From Ophelia neglecta (taxonomy: Eukaryota), in NCBI GenBank assembly GCA_965285935.1, contig OZ260665.1:20646001-20710000 (forward strand): a stretch of 64,000 nucleotides of DNA, in the 5' to 3' direction. Below the pieces are notes generated by a model, which made no database searches, was not told where the DNA came from, and saw only the letters and a list, made by a program, of their open reading frames with translations. This document shows positions 12,910 through 24,860 of this stretch, in pieces. A program made the position numbers and the translations under genes. Every line of letters begins with the position of its first letter. Position 1 is the first letter of the stretch.

Positions 12910-15055
12910 AATATCTAGTCGTTTGTAGTAGGCCCTCTTTCGTCGTGAAGCAATGCTCGATTTATATCTAATAAATAACATTGTGTATGGCTATATTTAA
13001 GAGTTCAAATACCATTAGACCATATACAAATTTTCAAATATGGTAATATTCAAGGAGGGTTGGTTCGGACGTTCCTCTTTTGTGTAACGAGCATGTTAAG
13101 GTAGAAGCTCACTCATAAATTTAAACAGCTATATTCTATTTGTACTTTCCCTTGTTAGCCTATTGTATAAAAGAAAACAATAGGGGGAAAAATAAGGTTC
13201 TCCAGCCTTTCTAAAGAGATTAATTTTTAATGTGCATATAGTATGAAATATGCACACTCTGGCACTTGACTTATACATGCAAAAGATATGGATTAAATCA
13301 AATATTCACTTTTCTTGAATTATAATACGGTCCTCTTTCTACAAAATAAAACAATTATATACAAAACCAACCACACTCTCTGTTCGTCCTGTTTTACTTC
13401 GCAGTCATGGTGGCCATATTTACCAAATCACCATGTGTCATTAACTTTTACCACACAGAACAGTAAAAAAGGCCTCTGGGACAATCTATTTGCTGTGTGA
13501 CACGATAAGCATGGGATCTAAAATGAAATGTGAGATAACTGTCAAAGCATTAGGCCTGAAGATTGTTCTTTATGTCTTCATATAATCAGATAACGACTCA
13601 TTTTAGCTTTATTGATGCCAACTCGCACTGTGTTTATATGCATAGTTCACATACAATTTACCATATCGTCAATGAATACATATTCAAGGATATAGTAAAA
13701 ATCGTGTAAAGGGAAGAGGCATTATACCAAATTACAGGCGTAAACAAACTGATCCTACCGATACTACAGCTAACTTTAATGGTACAACTGATAGTAGATA
13801 CAAATATGCTATAAAAGCAGAAAAACAATTTTACTGATGGGCTAAAGAATGTGCAACAATACAATAGTCTACAGTAAAAACAAATTCCTTTAAATCTAGG
13901 GGCGATAACATAAGGTGTCTTTCCGCTTAATGTCGGTTTTTAAGGCTTAATATATCTAGTCATTGTGCACCATTGGCTGGCAACCACGTGCTGATTTTCA
14001 TTAACCAGTGTATTGCTTGCACGTTTCTCCTTAATTAACCAGGACAAAAAATCTAGCATCTCGATCAATAATAACTAGTTTGTATTGTTTATCCGCAATT
14101 ATTTATATGGTCTTGTCTTTATTGGTAAGATGTGTCATATATTTGGTCAGCAACTTCTTTCTGGCAATGAGCATTTACCGATAATTAAGTACTACAAGTG
14201 CAGTCATTGATCGCGATGTAAGCATAATTAAGCCAAATCACATCCAACGAGAGAAAGTGCCATGACTTGACGTACGTAATAAAAGTTTTAAACACTAAAT
14301 AAAGCTTCATTAAAAACAATGAGAAAAATGAATCATAAATCCCCGAATTTCATTTATTATCTTTCTGCTAAGTGAAGCGCGGAGTTTCTTATTAAAATAA
14401 GTAATGCTCCGCTGTTTGTAAACTATCCGTAATTACTTAGAATAAGCTTCTCTCATAGCAAAGAGTCGCCTCATTCTGATATAACCCTAGTAGTATATAG
14501 CTTGCCAAAACGGCTCTGGATATAATAGGTTATCCCATCCTCTGTCTCTTATTTTTCGGTATTTATTGATCTAAGGTATTGATTTCGGGTGATATTTTTT
14601 ATCGAAATGACTTAATATTGCTATACACGAGGGGAACCAGCTATCAATGCAAGCCAGAATACCTAAGAAACTGAGATTGGGTAAATCTAGGACTTGATGG
14701 CTTATCTTTACTTTACGTTAAGTTGTTACTTTAAGTTATGGAGCTGACGATTGGTATTTGCAGCTAACGGGTCCTGGTGAAATCAGACCGATTTCACGGT
14801 TAACTGCTACCATTGCTAATTCAATTGTCTGTCGTGGTAGCTTTTATTCCGTCCGTTGTTTAAACAATACTAAAACAAAGACATTTCCTAGGAAGTTAGG
14901 CTCACTTCACACTTCGAATTATATTTTTTCATGATTTGTGGCCCATGAACACGTTAGACACTGTCCTTTTTATCAAAGAATTCATTTCTTCTGTGTTACA
15001 AAAGGAGTTAGGAATATGAAATACCAATATTACCCTGTTTAAAATACCGTTTGGT

Positions 15056-15184
15056 GGTGATCAATCATTTATATCATACAGTCCAATACTCTGAAATTCC
15101 TTAACAGCCCTTGTAAGATTTGTTGAATCAGTAACTTTCTTCAAACCGAAACTTAAGACCCAGTTGTTTGAGCTGGCCTATGGA
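15056..15184 (+). mobile_element. Decayed 3' end of a CR1/L2-group LINE ORF2
   Basis: Translates as GDQSFISYSPIL*NSLTALVRFVESVTFFKPKLKTQLFELAYG. This matches the GDRxF..AP.LWNSLP..FK..LKT.LF..AY terminus typical of CR1/L2 ORF2, with W replaced by a stop. Confidence 0.7.
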
Positions 15185-15545
15185 GGACGACATTGGTTAT
15201 ATTTATGTGCTTTATAATATGCGATAATTGTAAATCTATCGCAAACGTTTTTTGGAACTAATTAGGGCCTTTCTTTCAATTTGTAATTTAACATAAAATA
15301 GTAATTATTTTATTTATATCCAAAATTGTTCTTATGGTCAAGCAACTTTCACCTTAACAAACGTAGGATACTGAGCTGCTTTTTTAAAATTATTTTATCA
15401 TAATATTCAGATAACGTATATCATCACAGAGAGTGAAACGCAAATAAACCTGAGACTTTAAACAACACTATTTATTTGCGTCATTTTACTTACATCCAGT
15501 ACATTAGAAGTTAATTTTACACGTATATAGATGTGTCATACGTCG

Positions 15546-15597
15546 ATATATAAATATATATATATATGTGTGTGTTTGTGTGTTGTGTGTTTGTGTG
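15546..15597. repeat. Compound (AT)n(GT)n microsatellite
   Basis: atatataaatatatatatatatgtgtgtgtttgtgtgttgtgtgtttgtgtg. Confidence 0.8.
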
Positions 15598-15795
15598 CAA
15601 ATCGGAACACTATTAGTGTGTCGTGATGTAAAATACCATAATAATTGTAAATGTGATACAAACATTGATATTTCACATGACTAATTAAAATATATTCTAT
15701 AGATATATTTCTTTATATAAGTCAACTATAGACGAAGTTATTTTAATAGTCAAAGAACCCAAAATATGCAATAAGTGAAATACATACACTTCAGT

Positions 15796-18700
15796 CTAGA
15801 ACGTTTGACCGAGAAGTACGCGGGCGCGGTCAATAAATGACGTAATTTTCTTTATAAAGCCAGACGATGAGATTGTTGTTGTTAAAGGGTTAACAAAGGC
15901 ATTCAAACTAAACATGATTACCATTGACAGCGTTATGTACTGAGTATTGAACAAGGGGTCTACGTATAATATTATCGTTATCACTATCGGGATGGTAGCG
16001 CCTAAACAATTAGCAATACTATAACATATTGATCGCCGAATGCCGGACAACATGCGGCGCTTTCTGCCAACATCTGTAACCTTTATCAAATTCAGTGAAC
16101 ATATTAGGCATTTTATATATCTTAATTGCAAACCGAGATTGATTAGTGTGAGGATAATATTGTATCCCAAAAATATGCTTATGAACAAAACCTTATCATC
16201 AAGTTGTATGCGATTAACGGGTAGGCAAAAAGGATTCGAAGCCGTCTCAAATTCCCCGAGTCGTATTACAGTAAAAGTTAGAAATATGCACAGGCATGTG
16301 TTGGCGAACAAGGACAAACATGTAATTTTCATCATTTTACCAGTGCGTAACTTTATATCATTCGAAGCAATCATCAGTTGTTGAATAGCAAGTGTCAAAG
16401 ATAAGTGAAGGGATGACTCATAACAGAGGAATACTAATGCACCAATCACAGTACAAGTTACTGAACCAACTAGTGTATATAAATTTGTGGTATGTACATG
16501 ATGTGTAATAATTAGATAACATAGGTATATACCGATTAACAAATCACATACCTGCTGCACCTGAACAGTAACTTTTCTTGAAAGAGCCAAATTACTTTGT
16601 TGCCACCAAACCTCAGAGGTCAAATTAAAGATGAGAATGAATACAGCCAAGAACGAAACAAGTATCAGCATCAGTGGTCCAGGAAACAATCCCTTACACA
16701 ATGGAAATAAATACCTACTACCTTCCAATACACAGTGCGTCATTTTGCGATGTAAGCAACACCACCACCAATCAGTATTCGTCCTAAAGACTAACACGTC
16801 GGTCGAATCTCCAAAGATAAGCAAAGCTGGGTCAAAGAAAGGTGCAAACTCGACATTTAGTTTTTCCAAGGACACCAAATCAACAAATAAATGCGAAGAT
16901 GCGTGGGTCAGCTGTGTGTTACGTAAATTCAGAAAGTGTAGACATTGCATCCCGCTAAAAGCGCTTTTTTCTATAAAAAACAATGGGTTGCTGGATAAAT
17001 CAAGTTCAATCAATGAATTGAGACCTACGAACATTGTATGGGTTAGTTGCCGTAAATCATTGTGATGCAAAAGAACATATAACAAGTTTTTGCAAGTTCG
17101 AAAGAAGAAGTTCGGTAATACAGCAATATCAGTATGTGTAAGTACAAATTTTCTCAGTTTTTTCTTTCCATCAAGCAGCGCCAGTGAAACACTTTTCAAA
17201 CGATAGTCTGATTGATTTTCATATATTAAATATTTTTCATCTGTATTATAGCCTATCAGGGTGAGTCCAAGAGGGATAACTGTCGTGTCTCCGTGACAAA
17301 CATATCCATCCGGACATGGCTTTTCCCAAGGTTTGGATTCATCATCGCAAGAGAATGGACATTCACATATGCCGTTCATTATCTGATCGGGATGGACACA
17401 GCGTTTTCCACGGAAACACATAAAGAGTCCAGGACATGCAAGACGTTCACAGTTTATCTCGTCCTTACCATCGGGACAATCCCGTATGCCATCACAAACC
17501 ATTTCGTAGGGAACACAATAGGTGTGGGGGCATTTAAACGATTTGAGACACAGTATTTCTTCACAATATTTCAGACTACTTGCAGCATAGCCACTCAGTT
17601 TGCATTCACCATTTGTGTGTTTTTTATCACCCTGAATTCTGTAAAATAGGCACGCCGCAGAAACTATTTCTCTGTTGCATGAATCATCGACAGGAGAATT
17701 ATTCCCAAAATATTCGAGGTCTGTGGGTTGATTATTCAGTATAGGCAGGCTTGTGGGACACTCTGTGTCAGAGTTCCTGGCTTTGAAACAATGTAGTTCG
17801 TCAGAATGATCAGCACAGTCCGATTTCCGATCACACAGGAACGACCCGGGAATACAGCCCCCATCATCACACTGGAAATAGACCTTTGAACAAACGCATC
17901 CGGGTTGTTTACATGATGTGTAGCAATATTCGGGGGATACCGGGATTTCCGTTGAATGGCATATATTATCACACTGTATTTCGTCACTCTCGTCTGGACA
18001 GTTTGATAAGCCGTCACATCTGTATTTATCCCAAATACATGTTCCATCCGAGCATGTGAACATCCCTAATACACATGTCTTGTCAACGTGGACTGGCGCA
18101 GATTCGCAAGCGACATGTGTCGGGAATTGAAGTCCTTTTACGTCGCAGACGCATTTTTCGCTGATAACAGCGATATCTTCACCACAGCTGCAGTCTTGAA
18201 TATAAACACTACCATTATCCATATAAATACGGTCCGTCTCCCTGGACAAAAGATGTAAAAATGCGTTGAAAGTAGAGGTCCCCCTGGCATGGTTATTCGC
18301 AACTTCAGCTTTGCCCAGACATGACCTCTGCCATGGATGAACACTGAAACATATTTCGTTTATCATAACTGATCTATTAAAGCAGTCTATATTGTTTTTC
18401 TGTAGATATTTAGATACTTGCATACCGGTGGAATTATTATTTACGTATTTAAAACGTTCACAAATGTATCCAATTGACATAGGGTCGTTTTCGACCTGAC
18501 AACTGACTTTGAACCACGGGTTCCACTTAAAATGTCCCATTAGGACTGCAGTGCAATTGTGGTCGTTTCCGGACTCATATCCTTCTGCCAGATGATGTGG
18601 GTAACGTATATGACGTATTCTAGTTCTCCCCGTCGTGTAATTGCAGGGCATCAGCAAGGACGAGTAACTCGTGCAGATACTCTTGTTATGTTTCAGGATT

Positions 18701-21700
18701 TCTGATTTTGTCGGATGAGACGAATGCCAGTTGGAGTACTGGTATGGCGAGTTGTCCGTCCACCCGTGTTTGCCATCCTGTAGTTTAAAAACAACACACT
18801 TAGATTGACCTATATCATTAAGTTGTTAAACTTATACGTTTGCATCACCCAATCCATGCCATGCTCTTTCCAGCTTGTACAGCAATTTCATCAAAATTAT
18901 CTGTTCATATGTCAAAACGGGGGTAGCTTTTTCCATATACTCGATAACAAGTAACGATTGTTTCAAGAAATGATATAAATGCAAATAAAACTATAAAATT
19001 AAACTAATACAAACACAAGCAATATGCGGACGTTTCATCGCTATCAGATATAGGATAAATTGACCTTAATAGGCATGTGAGTTAACACAGGCATTTATGG
19101 AGATCAGACCATTATTTATTGACCTTAGTTGGCAGGCGACCTTATTACACAGGTGACCACAAACACAGGTTTTACTGTATATCATTTGCTGTAGTTGCCC
19201 GTGTTCAGTCACTATAAAAGAGTAACTGGTTCACTTAAGCTAAGCACTGTTATAAAGTACAATCCTAGAGATTTTATTCTATTTTTCTCTTTACGACTCA
19301 AACATTCCTCTTTGCTCTTTTGTTTATTGGGATTCTTTCGTTCCTATAGTCTTTAAATATTAGCAGGAAGCTAACACCATCATAGCCTCTCTTGGGACAT
19401 CATCTCTGTCCTACTTTAACCCCTGACAATTTTGTTTTCGTGATCTGATCGCATTATGGATAACTGTTGACTACTCCTTATTACAAGTAAAAACTTTTAT
19501 TATGGAATGCTTTGTGTTGTAACATGCTTAGTTATTGTTTGGGAGCTGGATAAATTTATATAATAAAAAAATAATAAATTAATTTCACTGCTTGCCACTA
19601 ACATTAATACCGAACAAAAACCACCCTTCCCAAAGAAAATGAATTCTCAACATACCGAATTCAGATCATGAAGGCCGATCCACAACATGCCGACAGTGAA
19701 AAAGTTTTCAACCACCTGCAGAAAGGGGTCCCGAACGTTAAACGTCCATTTATTCAACACGTATGCATGTGAACTGTGGGGTGCGTCGTGAAACATTTCC
19801 ATCATTCTATACCTCCATGTCAGTATCACCCTCCATTCCCAGTCCGAGTTTATACTTAGCAGATGACCTCCCTCCTGCTTACAGTTATTCTCTGCCTGCT
19901 GCCAGGATGGCGATTCGCCATCAGACATATATACAGAATAAACCTTGTCACCATGGCACATAGTATTTATCTTGTTTTTACATAGGATTTCTAGCCCGTG
20001 CATATCGGGTTTTTCCTCCATTTTATGGGACAATATCAACTCGTGTTCATTATCTCCTGAATCTTGCCCTATTATTGTGACCACCGCTGGCGTGTAAATG
20101 TCCTGAGCGTGCACCGTTATCAACCCAATGTCGGAGGGCACATATTGGTAGGTTAACTCACGCAGGCTTCCTTGAGAAGTGTACAGACGCTCTTCGATCT
20201 GCGCTCTGTTCATCGAGATATACACATCAGCGTCGTTCGCTATTAAGTTATTCGTGTTTGAAATTTTACGTTTCACCATCCAGTTTAGTGGATAAGATAC
20301 TACTACTATTGGAAACATTCCATCGTAAGTGGCGTTTCTGCTTTTAGGTCTAATTCTTATTTCCAGTATCCAGATCATTGATTTGGTTTTGTGGGGCCAT
20401 ATTTGAGAGAAATCATAGGTGGCATGAATGATGCCGGGGAACTTGCTTAATGGAATTATATAAACACCACATGTGTTTTCATTGAGAAGTCGTGCGCACA
20501 AAGGACTCCACCATCCGCGGCAAGTAGACTTTGCCAAATATTCAGTTATTATTGAACCGATGGAGTCACTAGCCAGTAATGGGATAACAGCACCAGTAAG
20601 GAAGATACCCAAACAAGGTGTGGTATTATTAAAGGTAACTAGCCCGGTATATGCATAATACCTTTGGGCAAGGCAAGGCAAAGCTTCACTGGCTTTAGTG
20701 TAGTAAGCTTGCAGAACCACCTGTATCATGTTTAAGGAATGATAATTTTGAAAGAGGAATTTTTGCGGATTAAGCAAAACAAACGGCCATATCTTACTGA
20801 ATAGTATTGGCTGTGATGTGAACACATCAAAACACCTCTCATCAATTGGAGTATGGTGCTTAAAAAACCACGAGCTCGTTATTGTTGCTGGCCATGTCCT
20901 GATAGACAGTTGGGCTTTCAGCTGAGTAGTATCTTGATTTGTCAAGTTGCTGGTCGAGCTAATTTTAAAGAGAATACTCGACCCACTAATCTTTTCACGT
21001 TGCTCTACATTCTGGTGCATGGATGGTCTGTCACTTGGCATACCTTGTAAGAAAATACAATTATCGTTATCAGATATGTTATACTCCGCCTTAATGGCGT
21101 TTCTAGCCGCTACTCCGTACTCCACATTTAACACCCCTCGACAACTGCCCGGACTAATTATACCTGATATTCTTATATTAAAACCACTGGAGTAACGTTG
21201 AATAACTAAACGGGTCAGCTTCCCGTACCGCAGCCTCCCGATGCCTTCCGATATATATGTCTTTAACATATTAAAGCCTCCTGCAGAACAATAGACAGCA
21301 ACAGGTCTAAGACGATCTCCTTCCCGGTGGTTTACGTCATGGACTATCTCATAAAAGGCCTCTTCGTACTCGGCAAACAAGTACAAGGCGCCAGAGTCAC
21401 ACATGTAGGTCATGTCATTTTCTATTGTCATATTCTCTATGTCAAGAATAAGTTCCAAATTATGATTTGATTCCACTGTAAGACTGTAAAAGACTTTTGA
21501 TGGTAATGTTCTAGTATCGATATCGAAATGTACCTTTTCCTCTGGCGAATGAAGATATGTCGAATCGATTTGACAACTTCCGGTATCGTACATTTCGTCT
21601 CGACAATTAATATCTTGCATTTTCAATATTATTTCTACGATAACAGAAGGTTTTTGTCCCTGTCTTGGTTCATTTTGCAACAAAATATTGGATTTGGAAG

Positions 21701-22895
21701 TGTAGAATATTTGCCCGTAGCCAAATTTGGTCCAGCGTGTAGTCAGAACTCCTTCTTGTGTGTAGTTATATATACTTTGCTTCATGTCGCCACAACTATA
21801 TAAAGAAGCCTCATTGCCCCTATGGTTCTTGTGAGGCGTGCTAGTAATTAAATACGTCAGCATTGTATCCGGGAGCTCGTAAACGGTAATAAATGTGTTC
21901 TGATCACACACTCCATCAGTCACAGTATATCCGATCCTATCTGTGACCAATGCCCTGACATGCCACCATATAGTAAACGTATCATCAAACGTCCACTGGT
22001 ACATAACATAACAGAATACAAACCTTAACACCTCGTATCTCATCAAAGGTTGTAATTGTTCAAAAAGACTATGAACAAGTCCTACAGGTAAGTCACTGTA
22101 CATATTTTCTGTGATGGGCAGTATAAGACCCGTGTCGATCACAGAGTAAGACATTTCAAGGGAAAAGTTGTCCATGCGAAACAAGGTGGCCACTGCCGTC
22201 AAACCACCATCGCTGACAAAATGAAGATGTTTAACATTACCACAAATGTTAATTATTCTTTTGGTCTTTATGCGTGTAAGTAGGTTTTCGTTCTTTTCTG
22301 GCTGAAATGCCTCGAAGGAACCTCTAAGACACGGTACACTATAGTATAACGAACGCATTTCGATCAATGTAAAATTAATAGCATGTTGCAATTTATACTC
22401 AATTAAATAGAAAATACGCGTGAATAGTAAATCGGATTCAACAAAATCAGTCAGATCGTGTTGTGTAATTCTAACCGAGTCGCACAACCTTCGTCTTGAA
22501 TATCGCACACTGTAATACCCACGTTCCCATTTGTAACGAGATCGAAAATCATCACAAAGCGAGGGTCGGACGGACTTCCTCAACTTCTGAAGATAATATA
22601 ACATGCTATTGAGATGGCCGGAGGCAGAAATTTTATTCATATCATACCAGCATCTTCTCCGTAGACCACTGAACCACGATTTAGGCCATTCCCCTCCTGC
22701 TGTAACTGGTATAGCTAGAGGTTCGATTGATATTAGCTTTGATAAAGCTTCAGTGGCTTGCTTGTTATACTCTGATTCATTCCTTTTACTTGATACGCTA
22801 CCGAGATTCATCTCATTATGCATGATGATCCCACTCCTACTACAGCTCATTACCCTGAATGCAACCAATAATAGAGTTATCTTAAGCAACGACAT
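15796..22895 (-). CDS. Giant GRL101/LGR-like receptor (~2073 aa): signal peptide, long N-terminal region (degenerate CUB-like), C-type lectin, LDLa repeats, LRRs, divergent 7TM; exons 22895-19656 and 18777-15796
   Basis: Donor TCG|GTATGT at 19655 and acceptor actacag|18777 are both phase 0 and join WIGLHDLNS to DGKHGWTDNSPYQYSNW, rebuilding a C-type lectin (SWQQAENNCKQEGGHLLSINSDWE..WIGL..W.D.S..Y.NW..CTAV..W..VSC..YICE). Three clear LDLa repeats (e.g. FTCSDGTCIWDKYRCDGLSNCPDESDE) plus one degenerate. About 5 LRRs (LIELDLSSNPL), a WWWCCL hinge, and seven hydrophobic helices ending NAFVNPL. Confidence 0.88.
19050..19177. mobile_element. Partial Tc1/mariner-type MITE (right end) in the receptor intron
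   Basis: Repeated cagg(t/c)gacc motifs ending cacaggttttactg|ta, the same terminal pattern as the 12727 and 58030 MITEs. Left end not seen. Confidence 0.5.
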
Positions 22896-22943
22896 TGTAG
22901 TCTATGATGGATATAACATGTAAGACTCACCTAGCCTAGCAGT

Positions 22944-22986
22944 AAAATGAACAAGCTCCTACCCAAGTATCTTTTATATATAAAAG
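22944..22986 (-). promoter_or_regulatory. Candidate TATA + initiator core promoter of the giant receptor gene
   Basis: On the minus strand TATAAAAG starts at 22978 (within the palindrome cttttatatataaaag). An Inr-like TCATTT has its A at 22948, exactly 30 nt downstream. The ATG at 22895 is 53 nt further on. Confidence 0.55.
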
Positions 22987-23921
22987 GCCATTCTTGACGA
23001 CATATGGAAAGTTGGAGATTCGGCAGAATAAAAACCTGATTATGGGCTGACATTACTATTAGATTGCCTCAAGTGTGAGGTTTTTCAAATTTACTGTTAT
23101 TGTTATTGTTTAAAAAATTTTAATCAAGCCCTCAAGTTGCATAATGCTTTTAGTCCCTTACACGTGGTCGGTTATTACTTTATAATATTTCACCAAGAAG
23201 ATTTGTAGCTTTTTAAGACTCTTACCCTACTGTTTTTGAGTAATATACTCGGGTGTGTGTTGAGTGACAAAAATATACACTTTACTTGATTACATTCTTC
23301 TTTCTAAATAACATTTGACAATTCAGTACCACTACGGCTAATAATATCTAATTTCACGCTAGAAGGACAATAATCATAAATCTAAAGCTATAACGAACAA
23401 GACAAATTCATCGCCGAAAAAAGTATGGTTGTTACCCAAATGTTAAACATGATAAAATGTCGTCGTTTTGTCTAACGCTACTCTGGCAATTCATCACTCT
23501 ATATCTTTTTACTTATGAATTAGACTTTTTTAACTAGTTTTTTCAAGGGAAGGAGGTTGCAAATAGCCAGTATTGTCATTTTTATTAGGATGAATAATTT
23601 TCCTTGAATAACAAATACATCCGACAGAAATAACGAGAGTATATGTACTATAATATTTATGTTCTGCGCACACCTTAGAGCAAACAAAAGCCAACTACAA
23701 TATTATATATAACTACAAATAGGCGGTATTATTCGGCAAAATGCTTGTGAATCTTACTGGAGTTGCGCATTGCCGCTGCGGGCAGCGATTCCTGAACATA
23801 CTTGAATGCGATTGGCTACAACCCGTAAAATAATTAAAAGCTTCTTCCAGTTTGTACATTGTTTTCAATGTTATTATGCAACTTTGTAACAAAATGCAAT
23901 ATCCACAGCGTTAACATAAAT

Positions 23922-24860
23922 TCACGTTTTGCGCCGGTCTATTCGCATGATTCGTAGGGAATGTTTCCTGAATTGTTGACAGACAAATGCGTAGCACAGC
24001 GGATATATACTTATAAAGTACAGGGGAAAAGCAGTCTGAACAATGAGTGATTATTTGAATAAGAATGAAAGCTGCGAAAATAACAGATTCTGTTTGAAGG
24101 CTTCATTGACACTTTCCAAACTTTTTCCGCTGAACATACGATCATCGTTACCTGAAGGTGAAGATGTTTCACCTACCAACATATTTTTTTTTTCTAGGAA
24201 GGTTGGTTGATTATTGCTACGGTAGTGTAGGGGCTGGACGACCTGGTTTTCTGGTATCAGCAGAGGACCTTGCGGATTGGTTTGAGTGTTCGTCCCTGTT
24301 GCGGCACGCTGTCCAACCATTGAAAACGGCACTGACATGGGATGCTTTACCAGGTCAGTTCCCTCCTTTCCAATTCCAGGAGCGTTTACAGATAGCGGGG
24401 TATATTACAAACAGGCCAGACCAAATATAAACCAATTCGAATAATGTATTGAACAAAATTGTACGTCACACATTCCTCGGGGTACTGTTCTCATTCCGAC
24501 AAATGTTGCCAGGCGAACATTAAAATGAAGCAAACCACTCCCGGAAGTAGCCACGGAATTTCCACCGTGAAAATGATAATGGTCAATTGTGAGGCAAATG
24601 ACTGTTAAAACAGGGTCAATTCCCTAAGTGAAACCAAATAAGAGGCAAAGATTACATACCACTTCCCCCAGAGGCCAATATATAGCTAGAAAAAGGTACA
24701 CGGCATTCAAGGGCAAGGACATAGGACACCGAACCAACAAAGATGTCGCAGACAACAAACGAGGCAAATATGTAGTTGGCCCTATGTCTTATGCTTTGTC
24801 CACAATGAATGATATAATTAAACCAAACTGCCACATATTGGGAAACAATTTTAGACATGA
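23922..24860 (-). pseudogene. Decayed inverted paralog of the muscarinic-like GPCR at 40216-41445
   Basis: SIRHRANYIFASFVVCDIFVGSVS vs SIRHPDNFMFASFAVCDILVGSVS. ICL3 VPFSMVGQRAATGTNTQTNPQGP..VNEAFK vs VPLSMVGQRVATGTYTQSNTEGP..VNEAFK. C-terminal PLCYAFVCQQFRK. Frameshifts and deletions break the ORF. 3'UTR similarity continues to ~23830. Confidence 0.92.

Noticed and set aside
16040-22923. Plus-strand and alternative-frame ORFs overlapping the giant receptor (likewise those overlapping the GPCR, dispanins and LINEs)
   Set aside because: Shadow ORFs of real coding sequence with no independent motifs.
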